A DNA stretch of 64,000 nt from positions 2,945,161 through 3,009,160 of the forward strand of contig CAJINV010000005.1 of assembly GCA_905178155.1 (NCBI GenBank). Direction: 5' to 3'. This document shows positions 13,201 through 24,393 of this stretch, piece after piece. Both the position numbers and the translations under genes were made by a program. Source of the DNA: Amoebophrya sp. A120 (lineage: Eukaryota > Protista > Dinoflagellata). Positions within the stretch are counted from its first letter, which is position 1; each line of letters starts with the position of its first letter. The notes under the pieces were generated by a model, which was given only the letters and a program-made list of their open reading frames with translations, was not told the DNA's origin and made no database searches.

Positions 13201-16200
13201 CGATTGCGACCTTGGTCGCCGCTTCACTGACCTTCCGAAGCGAAAGAGTAGGTTTCGGCTTATTGTTGTTCAGCCCCATCTTTTCGTTCCACTCCTTTTT
13301 CGACCGTCGGATCGGGTGCACGGTGTTCTTCTCCTGTCGCAACGCGTGCAGCGCGGCCTTGTGCGCGTGCTCGATCTCGTTCGCGATTTCGTCGGATTTG
13401 CTGCCGTCTGCCGGGCCAGCTTCTGCTTTTTCTTGCTTTTCCCGTTTCTTTTTATCCAAGTCCAGCTGAAACAAATGCTCTTTGTCCTTCGGGATCTTCT
13501 CCAGCGGGGATGCAGCTTTAATATTCTGCTTGTTGGAAAAATTGCCATAATTTCCGCCGGCGTCTTCCGGGACGACGTCGAGAGCAGCAGAATTAATATC
13601 CTCTTTATCCCCACTGCCCGACCGGTTGCGCTTTCTCTTCTTCATTTCCTTCTTCATCAAGTCGATACTGTCCGTATCTTTTGAATTTTGGTCCATCAAC
13701 CCGAACTGCTTCCCGAGCATGGATTGCCGGCGCAGCGCCTGCTCGTAGATCAGCGACTCCTGGGACGGCAGCATGCTCAGGCTGAACATCCGCGGAATGT
13801 CGGAGGGTTCTAATGCCGAGTGCCTGTTCTCAAACGGCGACGAAGACCGATCGTTTCGCTTGTTATCTCGATCCGGAATATTAAACACCCCACTGCTCTC
13901 CGCTGCGGAAGACAGCGTTTGGTGCCAGAAATCCTCCGAATTTTTTCCCGCTAAGATCTTTTCGTCAACTTCCTCCCCGACAGCTCCCCTTATCCGCAGC
14001 AGCTGTTCCAAATAAACGCCCGTTTTTCGGTTGGGATTCTGCATCATCTGGTCGATCAACAGCGCCCGGGCAGCGGAGGTGGTCATGTCCTGATCGGTCT
14101 GCGTTTTTTCGAACTCCTCGAGGAGCTTTTGTTTCGCCGCTTGGCTCGCCTTACCCGCGCGAACCGCGTCCTCGTCGTTTGGAACTGTCACATCTTCGTC
14201 CTTCGATCGCGCCCGGCCCTTGACGATCGTCGTGACCTTGTTCAGTTCCGCCAACGCCGTGCGGAGTTCCGGCGAAAACGAGTCCCTTGCGCGACGGTCC
14301 TGGTTTTTATTTTCACGACCAGCTGCGGACGAGGTCGTGGGCGTGGCGGCGGACCTTCGCATTGTCTCGACGTCGACCACATCGGTCGACCTGCTCGCCC
14401 AACTTCTGTTCGGAACAATAGGTCCAGCACCTCCACGCTGTTCTTCCTGGTCTTCATACCCACCTGCTTCCGACGACCGCGGCGGACTCCTGGAGTGCCC
14501 GCGCGCGGAGGAAAGAATTTCGTCCGCCCGCGCTTCGGCTTCGTCTTTCGAAAAGTTTGTGTTGGACGTTCTTGTCAACGTTAACATCAAATTCGGATCG
14601 TACACAAGCGGCTGCGGCCCAGAGGGGGTCAGTAACGCCACGCCGCTGATTTTCGAGGCTTTGAGCAATTGGTGCCGGTTGTAGGCTAATGCGCCGACTT
14701 CCTTGATCGCATTCGTTCCCTTCCTTAGCGCTTGCTGCGACACGTGCGCCCGCAGCTGCGGAATCCCGTGGACGAAGGGGCTTTCCAGCCGCCCGGCCAG
14801 GGTGTAGACTGTGTTCACGCTGGACCGCACCAATCCCGGGTAGTCGGTGTCCTCGTGATTTGGTTGTACTGCTGCACTTCCTTTTCGCTCGGCTTGTCTT
14901 AGGCTCGTCTTCTTCGTCCCACTCGTTCTTGTGACGGTAGAAGTGTGGTTCCGCGATTTGCTCCCGGAGGTTTTTGTGCCGCCTCCTTTTCGCGACGCGG
15001 AGCTCGCTCTGCTGGACAGAGAGCCGGACCTTCTGGTGCTGGAAGTTCTTGTTCCTGCTAGTTTCTTTCCTTCCTTCTGCTCCGGCGCTCCTGCTCCCGC
15101 CGAGCGTTTGGGCGACGAGGAACTTCGTTTACTATTGAGATTTCCCGACGAAATAACCGGGTTCGCGACCACGCTGCCCCGTCCCATGGGTTTTTTCAGG
15201 GACCCCCTGGACACCACCACCTGCTTGGCTTGCTTGGACACGGATGGCACCGCCCTGCCCGCCCGCAGCGCCGACGCCCGAGTTTGCCCGCCCAGGGAGA
15301 CCGCGGACGACCGGGAGGGGGACCGGGAGCTGGGCGATCGGGCCACGGGAGCGGTTGTCGTTGGACCGGAAGTACGAAGATTATAAGACGCTTTAGAGGT
15401 GGTACTCTGGTGCTGTTGATCCTCCGCGCGCATACTTGCAATCGTGGCTGACCCCGTGGTTCGGTGATTATCCACGATGGTAGGTCCGCTTGTTGTAGAC
15501 ACGCGATTTATGGAAGATGCGTTAATGGTGCCCTGCTGTGGTCTATTATCTTCCCCGCCAGTAATTCCTTGGCTCGTTCCCGAGAACCGCACATGATCTT
15601 CCTGGTTTTGCGACCGACCACCTAGGGATAATCTTCCCTGGTGCCCCCATGGTCCAGGGCTACCTGCAGCTTCGGCCGCAGACAACCTGGGATAATTATG
15701 ATGCGCGCCGTCGGAAGAGAACAAAGCGCTTGATGTTCTCTTTTGCTGCTGCTCACCGTTTTTTTTGTTCGACCTTTCAAAAACTCCTGCTCCGTGAAGA
15801 TGAACATCATTGTCCACGTCGACCGAGACACGTTTGTAACTGTGAGCACCTGCACCTCCAGAAGGTCGTCCCAAAAGCGCACTGCCGCCCCGCGAGGGCA
15901 GCTCCCGACTGCTCTGTTCCTGCGGTGGCGTGCCGCCCCCGCTGTGGTGGTCCACGACCGCGCTGGGGAACTTCAGAAATTCGCTCACAGCTCCTGCGTC
16001 GTCCCCACCCGACATGTCGAACGTGGTCCGCGATTCCAGTTGCGCCAACAACTTCTTCTCGCGCTCGCTGCTGCCATTCATCATTTTCGCGGTTGTACTA
16101 CTACTTCCCCCTTGCGGGAAGAAGATACTGCTGCTGCTATTCAACCCCGTCCCCCCCGGAGACGAGGACCACTCGCTCATCGCCCGGAGCAGCGCGTGGT

Positions 16201-19200
16201 GCTCCGGCGACAGAATTCCGCTCACGCCCGTCACCTCCTCCGCTGCGAGGGAATCCCCACCATTCGGACTGCCAGGACTCCGGCTCCGCAGCATACTACT
16301 AGTATCCCGCATCCTCGTGGCAACAGCCTGCTCCTGCTGCATTTGCAGGAGCAGCACGATCCCGTTCAGCACCTGGAGACGGAACTTTTGGTCCTCCGGA
16401 ATGTCCCCGTTCGCGTCCAGCAGCCGGGATTCCAGCAAACTCGCGCGCAGCTCCCGCCGCAGTTCTTCAATCCCCGAGGCGCCGACCGACACGGGCGGCT
16501 TCAAGTCCACGGCCTGAAACGACTCCTTCGTGAATCTCTCCGAAGACCGCGGTTTGTTATTTTCGGCGGAGGACGAGGTCTGCGACGCAACCTGGGTCAG
16601 CAGTTGCACCACGCGGGACCGGAACGCCTGTTCGTCGTCAACCTCGTTGAGGCTGGCGCTTTTGTAAGATTTTTGTTGATCCGGTGCTGCGGCTCCAGCT
16701 TCTTCACGACCCGCTGGTCGTTGAAAGATCCCCCGATCGACGTTCTCCGCAGCTGCTCCAAACATCTGGTTGAAAAAGTACACGCTCGCGGCGGTGTCGT
16801 CCTCCATCTCGCCGAACACCTTGCCGTTCTTCCGCCGCTATCAAATGTAAAAATGTCTGGGTCTGGAAGGATGTAACTTGTGATGCGCATTTCAGAACAC
16901 ACAAAAATCTCTGATGCACAGGCAGCAAAAGCTACTCACTTTCTGTCACCAAAATAGGGGACTTGTCATGCGGATTCGGCATTGCGGAAGGTTCTCGAAA
17001 CCTGTGATGCTAGAGCTGCCATGCCAGACCTTCTGTGTCATGCAGAAACAGCATGACTCTTCCAGACCCAGACATTTTTACATTTGATAGCCGCCCTTGG
17101 GCGATCCTGTGTCGGCTCGCGTTGATTCTCTCCTGCAACCTCTGGTCGATGGGCCCGACCCACTCTTCGCGGGGCTGGGAGGTGGTGGCCGGTCCAAGGT
17201 TTATTTCAGCACTCCTCGTCGCTGCCCCGCCGGTTTTCAGCTTGGTGGTTCGGTGATGCAAAAAGCCTGTAGGCGCCTGATGATCCACCTCCAGAAGCGG
17301 CTTAGAAGGCGGATCGGCGTTGTAAGGTGTTGCACTGGTACCGCTAGGCGTGATGTGCGCCGGCGTCGTATCGGAAGGAAAAATCCCCCCTCCCCATATC
17401 GAACACGAAATTTGTGATGCTGTATTCGAGGTCACAAATCGACTTGTCATGCTAGAAGGCCAAGAGCCGCAGTCGTGGCCTCGTTTGCAGGCAATTTGTC
17501 ATGCTGTTTCCCACTCTCAGATGCCTCCTATCATGCTGAAGATGCAAGGCTTCCCCACGCCACCCAGCACTACAGTCCGCATCTTTTCCCGTGTAGCATG
17601 ACAAAGCTGATTTGTGACAACTCTGCATCACAGATTTCCGTTTTGATATGGGGAGGGGGGATTTTTCCTTTTGATACGTCGTGATGTGCATGGAGCCGAC
17701 ACGCGCGGCGGCGCCCGTAGCCCGCCCGTCGTGGAGGCGATCCGGCGCGAAAAGCTTTCGCGCGCTCTGTTCGGTCGGCTGCGCGAACCGGGGCTTCACT
17801 TTGCTCGCCTGAAGTACTTGGGGTGTCGTGCGACTCAACATCGTGCGGGGAGTCAAGGGCTTGTTCGTGGTGATCGCCCGGGGGCTTGTTCTTTGTTCTC
17901 GTCGGGAAGTGGGGGTCAACGTGCCAGTACCTCCTCTGGGACTTCTCGACGCGAACGCTGATGCAGTCGCCGGACTTATTCTGGGGGAAGCGGTGGAAAC
18001 CGGCCGCGCAGCAGGCGACGCGTGAAAAACACGTGGCGTCGGCGCCTTCCGCGGCGTTCGATCCCGCCGTTGAATCGCGGATAACACACGCAGACTACTA
18101 CTCTTCCCCGCCCTCCCTGCGCGGGGAACAACTCCTTCTTTGCGTGGCGTGCCGTGGAGGCTCCAGGCCTGCCGCGGCGTGTGGTCCTGCGACGACTCTT
18201 CGCGCTGCAGGGCCGCCATCTTGTGGCTGTAGGCGGGACTCGGGGTGCGGTCGGCCAGTTTCGTTGCGTGGTGCACCACGCCCTTCGCCGGAAGTTGCAC
18301 AAAGAACCCACTCGCCGAAGATGGTGGAATATTACCTCGTCCTGGCCCTCCAGTTTTGTTTTTCGCCGCGTGCCGGCGAAAAGCGGCAGGCACGGCAGCA
18401 GGAACACCGGCGGTCGTCGTGTTTTTGTCCCTTGTATTAACGGTGTTGATATAATTGTTAGTAGATGCGACGATCTCCGGGCTAGAAATCATATCGCCGC
18501 GGCTTTCTTCATCTTGCGGTCCAGAGCCACGACCCGTCCCTGTCTTAATTTCTTGTTCCGCATCACTGTTACGTTCTCGCTTGTAGTCGTTCCCGGGCGC
18601 GATCTCCACGGCGACATCCGTTGCGGTCGTGTGCAGCTGTGGAACCTCTAGCGACATGCGCTCAGGAGCAACTGGCGGGCTCTCCTCGCGGGACGCCCGG
18701 GACAGCATCCCACTAAACCTGGGGTTCGGGGGGTCGCTCGGAAGCGACAATCCGGAGATTATACTGGTGTTGGTCTGCGAAAACTGCAATGTGTTTTATT
18801 GTTCGAATAGTAGTTTTAGGGAACGTCAGCGACGCTGGGCACTAGAAAACGTGAGCAAAATAAGTAACACGCCGCACTCAGTTTTCCTGAAACACTGCAA
18901 AAATCCCATTTTTTCAGAGGCTCTGTATCAATTTGCTTTGCAAGCAGCTACATACTTCGCGTACGAAAAAAGCGCGACCGAATCAATATCGAGTATCAAC
19001 ACGGCAATCTTGTTCTACCTACTTACTCACAACAATTTTAACAGAACTAGAAGACCATTATCTTGAAAGCAATTTTCTCCTACTACCTGGCTGCCCTCCC
19101 GTGTGCGCAGTCTTGAAAGGCCGGCCTGCTGCAGCGCCACCGCATCTTCCGGCGCTAACGTGCCCAACGCGACCGCCTCTTCCACAAGTTTGCGCAGCCC

Positions 19201-22200
19201 GGCCATCCGCCGGGCAATATCGTCCAGCTGGCTCGTGGTGCTCAGCGTATTTTCAGCAGCAATATCCAATTGAAAAGCTCTCCCTCAGCAGTGTTGTCCC
19301 AGAAGTGGAAAGAAAGATGTGATGTTGATGACGAGCAAAGCTTTATTTCTTCCACATGGACAGTTATTGCATTTTTCGTCCCGCCTTGCACGACCTACAA
19401 AGCTGTGCCTCTACTTTTTTCATTCTAATTCGGCGCCATTCAGCTTCTACATGACGAGTTTCGCTTTTGCTTGCACCTGCTCTCTACAAGAAAACAAAAA
19501 ACCAAAAGCAAAACAAAATCAAAATGCAACTACAACGCTTCGTCCATTAAATAAACTTCTTGCTTGCACGCATCACAAACATTCCTCTGCTCCCGGGACC
19601 ACAATATAGGAGCGGTTCGTCTCACTTTGGTACGACATGCTGACGGTGCTTCGCAGCTTCTGCTCGTCGTATTGATCTACTGCTTCTGCTAATTGAGGAA
19701 AAATAATCTCTGCCGCGGACTGCAGCCTGGAACTCCGCCGCGCACGCTCGAGCATGTGCAAATGAAACTCCTCCTCGCTGCCGTTTTCCCCCGAAACTAG
19801 ATGCAAGCCGTCGGAGGCACCTCCAGGGCCGTCGTGGACTGCTTCCCCTTCCGGCGACCGCGAGGGTCGTCTACTATGTTGTTGAACCTGCTTCGTGCTG
19901 GTGGTGGTCTCTAGCTGGTGTCCAACTTCGTCTTCTTCTCCGTGCGGCGAGTTGATCACTAGATGGGGTGGGCGGTACTGCAGCCCGTACGGCCGCACGT
20001 TGGTCAGCGCGGCAACCGCGCTCGCGATCGTTTGGTGCTCTGGAGTTTGTAGTTCTTGTTCCGGACCAGCAGTAGAAGTTCTTGGCAGATCATAACTACC
20101 AAGAACAGCAGGACCACCCCCCGTCGAACTCCGACCTTGAAGACTTGTAGTTCCTGCCGGCCCACGAAGCTGGTCCTCACGAGTAGATGATATTCTTTCA
20201 CTAGCGCCCCCAGCCAACACCTCCTGCAGCAGGCTGACCAACTCGGGACGGGTCTTCAATAATTGTTGAAAAAGCCGCTTTTCTTGTTCCGACAGAGGCG
20301 AAGTAGAACTACTAGTACCCGACATCAAACCCGGCGCTGTTTCTGTCCTACTTTTTCGTGCTTCATCTAAACCTTCCGCGGGAGCAGGTCTTCGAGGAAC
20401 AGGAGTCGTACTCATATTTTCCGACGAAAAGAAATCAATGTCTTCCTCGTGCCTCAATTTCCCGGACAGCTGGAGCAGATCCAGCTCGTGCATCGTGTCG
20501 CGAATCGTGTCAATTTGCTCCAGCACCGCGGATCGCCGCTCCTGGTCTTCCTCTCCTTCCATGTGCAGTAGGTGATCTTCGACTCGTCCCGATCTCTTCG
20601 GAGAACCCCGACCACGACTCGGAGCCTCCGCCCCGGCCAACTGTTTGCTGTTCTGAAACAGCTCGGAAAACCGCGCACTGGGACTGGACCTTCTAGAATT
20701 CGCTGCTGCGTTGCTATGTTGATTTGTGGTCGAGGACATCACAACTGGTGGTCCACTCCCGTCGCTGCTCCTCCCGTTCGCCGCCCCGGCGTTCCACGGG
20801 GGCTGCTGGAGCAACTCGCTGGAACTCGACATCGTGCGGAAAGCCTTCGCCGCCTTGGCCAGTGCCGCCGCGGAATGCGCACTGCGGGTCGTCGTGGTCG
20901 TCGCACCAGTCGCCCCCGCCGTGAGAAGGTTCTGGTGGCTCAGGTTGCGCCAGAAACCGGGGCGCGCGCCCGCGCGAGCAGCAGGCGACGCGAAATTAGT
21001 AGAAATTGCCGTTGATGTTGTAGTCGCTTGTTGGGGCAGGTTCAGCAATAAACTTCTATTCGGGTCTGTGGTAACTGCAGGTCCAAAGAGATTTTTTTCG
21101 GAGGAGGACAAAAATAAACCGCCTTTGTTATTATCGCTATTGCCCGACGTCGCAAGACCTCCAGAAAGCTCCTGCAACCGGTCCACCTGCGAGGCCCGGG
21201 CGGTTGCCTGCAACAGCTTTTCCACCTGGTCCAGCCGCGCGTGCAGGTCCCGCATGTGCTTGATCCGCGGCTGCGTGTGCTTCTGGGCCGCCAGCCGGTG
21301 CTTCCCGTATCCTGAGTAAAAACGTACCCACACCAGAGTCAGGATGGGGATTTTGCAACACACACCTAGAAGCTTTGTGAGCCACGCATGACAAGTTGCA
21401 GTCCGTAGTGTAGTGCATGTTAGCAAGGAAAAACGTATCACAAATCCATCTTCTTATCCTGTTTGCAGCATTACAAATTTCAAAACACGACTGGTAATGC
21501 CTCTCATGGAGATGCGCATTACAAGTCTTCCTGTCATCGCAAATCTGCATTACAACTCTGGTGTGGGTACGCTTTTACTCAGGATATCCCGGTGCGCGGC
21601 GTCAAGGGTTTGCTCGGCGGCCGACTCTATCAAATGTAAAAATGTCTGGGTCTGGAAACTTGTGATGCTGGGTGGCGTCTCATGATGAGGCTACAAATGT
21701 TGAGCTGGGCGCCTCAGATGGAAAAAGTCTTCCGAATTTCTTTCAATTTTTTGAGATTTTTTTTTACAAAAAAAATTTGCAATTTTTCGCTTTGCTTTGC
21801 ATTGGGAGAAAGGTTGCGACTCACGTCGTCCGGTGAATTTCTAAGGCGGCTTCGCCTTCCCACCTCCTCTGTTGAGTCGAAGCTGTGTGGTATGCTGCAT
21901 CGATGCCATTCCAAGTGGTATGGTGGACTCGTGAAACACTCACCAAAGCAAGCCTCAACTTTTCCTCACAAAAAGTGCTCATTTTTGGAAGCCAAAAATG
22001 ATCACTTTTGAGCTTCCAAAAAAGTCTCTTGCTTTTCCTCCTCGATTTCGCCTTCCGACCTTGCATACCCAAAAAAAAAGTCTAGAAAAAAGTCTCCTCT
22101 CCCACTTATATTCTCAATTATTGGGGGTCTTTTTCGGTTTCACCTTCTAGAAAATCGAGAGACTTTTTTTTTGAGGTAAAAATGGGAAAGTATGACTTTT

Positions 22201-23135
22201 TTGGAGTTCACTTTTGGCCATCAAAAGTGAGCACTTTTTGTGAGGATACGTCACCACTTCTAAAGGATACCGAAAAAGGTCGCTAGAAGTAGACAAGAAA
22301 GCAGCAATTTGTAATGCGGACAAGCTGCAAATAAAAGCAGTACTAGAACGAGAGGGGTCTAGTAGAATAGTGCAGCCTAGCTTCGCGGCTGGCCAGCGAA
22401 CGTTGTCACCCGACGACGAGTGACCATCAAAATTTTTTTTTTGAAAAAAAAATCTAAAAAAATCAAGAGAAAATCGGGACGGGGGTGCCATCTGAGGTCG
22501 CCCAGCTCAACAAATGCTGGCTCAGCATGACAAGTTTCTCAGCTCCTAGGTGTTCTCTATTCTGCATGACAAACTGCGCTTCTGCATCACAGAGAAACGG
22601 AGCTCTTGGGTAACGTGCATGACAGATTTAAGAGTCATGCCGAACAAGCATGACAAGCATGAATTCTTCCAGACCCAGACATTTTTACATTTGATAGACT
22701 CCCGGGCGACCGCGACCGGGAAGTGGAGGAAGCTTTAGACGCCGCCTTGGACGCGGGTCTCACGGCAACACGACGCGCCTGCGGTTTTGCGTCCTTCGCA
22801 GGACGAGCAGCTCCCTTCGAAGTAGCTTGTGGCTTCGTCGTGGAGGAGGTCTCTTGCGCAGCTGCGCTGGGTTTTGAAGTAGATTCTCCGGGCCCTCGCA
22901 CCTTCGGCGGGATCATGGGACTGCCCTCCGCGGCCTTGCGCCGCACCTCCGCCACCACCGCCAGCAGGCCGCGGGCGCCCGGACCGAGCGGACTAGATTT
23001 CGCTGGTGGTGGCCCGGGGGCGGAAGAGGCAGCACTAACAACGAGGCCCTTGTTCTCGCCACCGGTTGTTGTACCTGCCGGCGTCGTCGCCCCCTTCTGC
23101 GCCGCGAGCGCGCTGCGAAACTTGTCGGCTAGCAT
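10214..23135 (-). CDS. Very large (about 3400 aa if one gene) low-complexity, probably disordered protein; 6.6-kb terminal exon
   Basis: The 2201-aa ORF joins upstream ORFs in frame across TIR elements 16839-17089, 17369-17676, 21308-21586 and 21628-22696 and GT-AG intron 18784-19086. The junction near 19289-19608 is not resolved, so two genes are possible. Confidence 0.65.
16839..17089. mobile_element. Introner-like TIR element, family A
   Basis: 30-bp perfect TIR TATCAAATGTAAAAATGTCTGGGTCTGGAA; direct repeat gccgc/gccgc. Confidence 0.95.
17369..17676. mobile_element. Introner-like TIR element, family B
   Basis: TATCGGAAGGAAAAATCCCCCCTCCCCATATC...GATATGGGGAGGGGGGATTTTTCCTTTTGATA; direct repeat cgtcg/cgtcg. 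Confidence 0.93.
19289..19608. mobile_element. Decayed TIR element or intron
   Basis: Imperfect inverted ends (TGTTGTCCCAGAAG...TGTGATG versus TGTGGTCCCGGGAG...TGTGATG) between two coding segments; no clean direct repeat. Confidence 0.45.
21308..21586. mobile_element. Introner-like TIR element, family C
   Basis: TATCCTGAGTAAAAACGTACCCACACCAGAGT...ACTCTGGTGTGGGTACGCTTTTACTCAGGATA; direct repeat tcccg/tcccg. Confidence 0.94.
21628..22696. mobile_element. Introner-like TIR element, family A (252-bp subfamily), carrying a nested insertion
   Basis: Perfect family A TIRs; direct repeat gactc/gactc. Length 1069 minus 811 (insert) minus 6 (insert duplication) equals 252, the same as the copies at 41849 and 51191. 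Confidence 0.93.
21700..22510. mobile_element. Non-autonomous foldback/MITE-like element nested in an introner
   Basis: TIR TTGAGCTGGGCG(A)CCTCAGATGG at both ends; target duplication caaatg at 21694-21699 and 22511-22516; further internal inverted repeats. Confidence 0.88.
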
Positions 23136-24393
23136 GGAATATAAGCCCTTAGAAGATTTAAGTTATTTGTGATGGGCGAAATGAAGAATCTTCTAGGGCT
23201 CCTCTTCCATGCGCTTGCTTCCGCTGGACGAGCGACTTCTCCTTGAAACCACGTGTAAAAGTTTTCTGTCGATAGCAACTGAGCGTCGCTGCCCGAAGGC
23301 ACTGCGTTTATGATGTTGCGCAAAAGTAGACTTCATAGTAGCATAAAAAGAAGAGAAAAAGCGACGTCAATTGCTACAATAAATTCAATGAGCGGGACCG
23401 CGACCTGCCACAAAACTATTCATAACAACTGGAAAACTGTAGCAAGTTCAGAACATAGAGTACCTACCTTTCTAAAACACAATTGTATCATCCCGCCTTC
23501 ACTTTTTCCGGGCAGTCCGTGGGTCGCACGGGCCGAAGTAAAAAATTTCTATCATCTACTACTACTTCGTATGGTTTATCTCAGCAGGCAGGAATCTGCC
23601 TGTGCCCAGGAAATAAATCATGTTAATGTAGAGTAAAAAAATTTTCTCTGGTGTAGCTGTAGCAAAATAGACGGGGGGAAGCTAAATTCTACTGTAAAAT
23701 GAATATACGTCCAGGGGGAACTCTGTAGTACACAGGGGGAACTACTGTGGCGAAAAGACGGAAGGTGACATATCAAAAAAGCGGGTGGTGGTAGGAGAAC
23801 CTCAAATGTTTTTTGGTACGAAATGGACGACGCTTGCATCTGAAACAATAGCGTTTGCTTCAGGAACGAAAAGTCTAACCGAACGAAGACGGAGCAAAAT
23901 CCTTTACATGACCGACCAACCGTTCTGGAGAACACGAAAATGACCGAAGCAGAAACTTCATTAAACCAAGCACCACAGTACGAGGAAATGTGGCTTGCAG
24001 ATGAACCGACGAACGAGGAAGCGAAAAGATATCTTCAGAACGACACGACATTGGAATTCTCTTGGACGACAGAAAACAGAAAAGACGCAGCAAAAATGAC
24101 GACTGCACAAGGGCTTCTTTGGGCAGTGGAATTTGGTCTGTTTCTCTTGTTCTCTAAATGGCCAGCACGCGCCTCTAGTGATCCTAGCGAACCGAATCAA
24201 AGTGGTAGGTAAACACAGTGAAAAGCACAAGCACGAGCGAACAACTCCACATGGATCTTATTTTATCATCAATCTTCATGCTCGCGAAGATTCGCTTTGC
24301 GTTTAAGTTTAAAACTACCAGCGTTGTAATATTATGATTCAGGTGGTCATGGTCTCTACTCCTGCATTTTGGTTCATCGCAGCAGTAGTTCGT

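Noticed and set aside
21700-22510. Autonomous transposase inside the nested element
   Set aside because: Only short, low-complexity ORFs are present, with no DDE or recombinase motif visible.
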